13,492 nt of DNA from NCBI GenBank assembly GCA_000004985.1, contig GG738994.1; one strand, 5' to 3'. This document shows, in pieces, positions 12,832 through 13,492 of this stretch. How positions within the stretch are numbered: the first letter of the stretch is position 1; the number at the start of each line of letters is the position of its first letter. Made by a program: the position numbers and the translations under genes. Source of the stretch: Naegleria gruberi (lineage: Eukaryota). The notes below the pieces were generated by a model that worked only from the letters and a program-made list of their open reading frames with translations, ran no database searches and was not told the DNA's origin.

Positions 12832-13492
12832 AAGTACAGTCAATGGTTTTATCAAGTTTCATTTGTGAGGTTTGTGATATTGGTTTTGAATGTGTGAAAA
12901 GTGGAATTAGAAAATTGTGGTACGTTTAATGTGTGAAAAATATATAAATAGGATTCAAGAAAATAATTGCATGAGTTATTTTCTTTAAATCATTGAGGTG
13001 GAAAGAGCATTTTCAATAGTTCCATGATGGCTCTTCTTCAAGATCGTAATACCATGGTTTTTAAGAATTTCCTTCAACTCGGTATTTATATCCACTTGTA
13101 TTTGAGCAAATAATCCAGAACTGTTGTAAATTTTTGTCTTGACAAAGTAAGTTGGAGGCAAACTTCCCTTTTTTCGATTCCTATTTTCTCAAAAGTTTTC
13201 TAATTGGTGTTTATGGAGAAAGAACATGAAGTTGCATCATCATAACCACTGTTTCAAACAAAATCAATCAATTTACTGTAAACTTCAGAGTGCCACTTCC
13301 AGGTGTCTCAAGAAAACATTGAACCTTGTCAAAGCAAACAAAATCTTTCGTTTCCACACACAAAACATGATTTAGTCCATTTTTGCCCATATCGGAATTC
13401 ACAACGTGATTAAAAAAACTTTAAATTCGCAAACACAACTATTTGCCTTCAGATAAAAGAAAAAGAAACCAACAACAATTATTAGAACATTT

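Noticed and set aside
1-13492. Prokaryotic-style features: CRISPR arrays, operons, RBS motifs or mobile elements with inverted repeats.
   Set aside because: None were seen. The gene structure, low-complexity Asn tracts and EGF/NHL/REJ content are eukaryotic.

Overview
This window looks like draft-quality nuclear DNA from an AT-rich, intron-poor eukaryote. Poly-Asn tracts, A-rich sequence ahead of start codons, TGT-rich six-Cys EGF-like repeats ('CxCxxGYxGxxC') and one 5.1 kb intronless exon point to a dictyostelid-like amoebozoan. It is probably not D. discoideum itself, because a 5S gene lies among protein genes and the spacers are only moderately AT-rich. It is not prokaryotic: I found no operons, RBS logic or CRISPR. 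The plus strand from 2 to 8816 is almost wholly coding for one or two very large extracellular Cys-rich proteins. The coding sequence is interrupted by a 597-nt assembly gap (3038-3634), an ambiguous base, an in-frame TGA at a conserved Cys position, and three to four +/-1 frame breaks. The domain order I infer is NHL beta-propeller, then EGF-like repeats, then four-Cys repeats and an N/T/P stalk, then the gap. After the gap come Cys-rich repeats, a Frizzled-like cysteine-rich domain (CRD), nine more EGF-like repeats, a REJ-like module, a helical Ser-rich region, a GPS-like remnant, one transmembrane helix, and a Lys-rich 14-aa tail ending at 8816. Convergent on the minus strand are a six-blade NHL-propeller gene (9027-9914, with a possible Asn-rich N-terminal extension to 10282) and an acidic Ser-rich hypothetical gene (10412-11378), each with one frame discontinuity. 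The clearest non-coding feature is a 5S rRNA gene on the minus strand (11540-11657) followed by a T5 terminator. About 470 nt away, on the plus strand, a U1-snRNA-like element (12127-12292) has the motif ATACTTACC, an Sm-like site and a perfect 3' hairpin. The last 1.9 kb has no ORF of 60 aa or more but carries several canonical GTAAGT-type donor motifs, TATA-like boxes and a 54-aa ORF. This suggests small-exon genes or further ncRNAs that I cannot resolve by eye. All homology statements rest on motif recognition from memory, not on searches.
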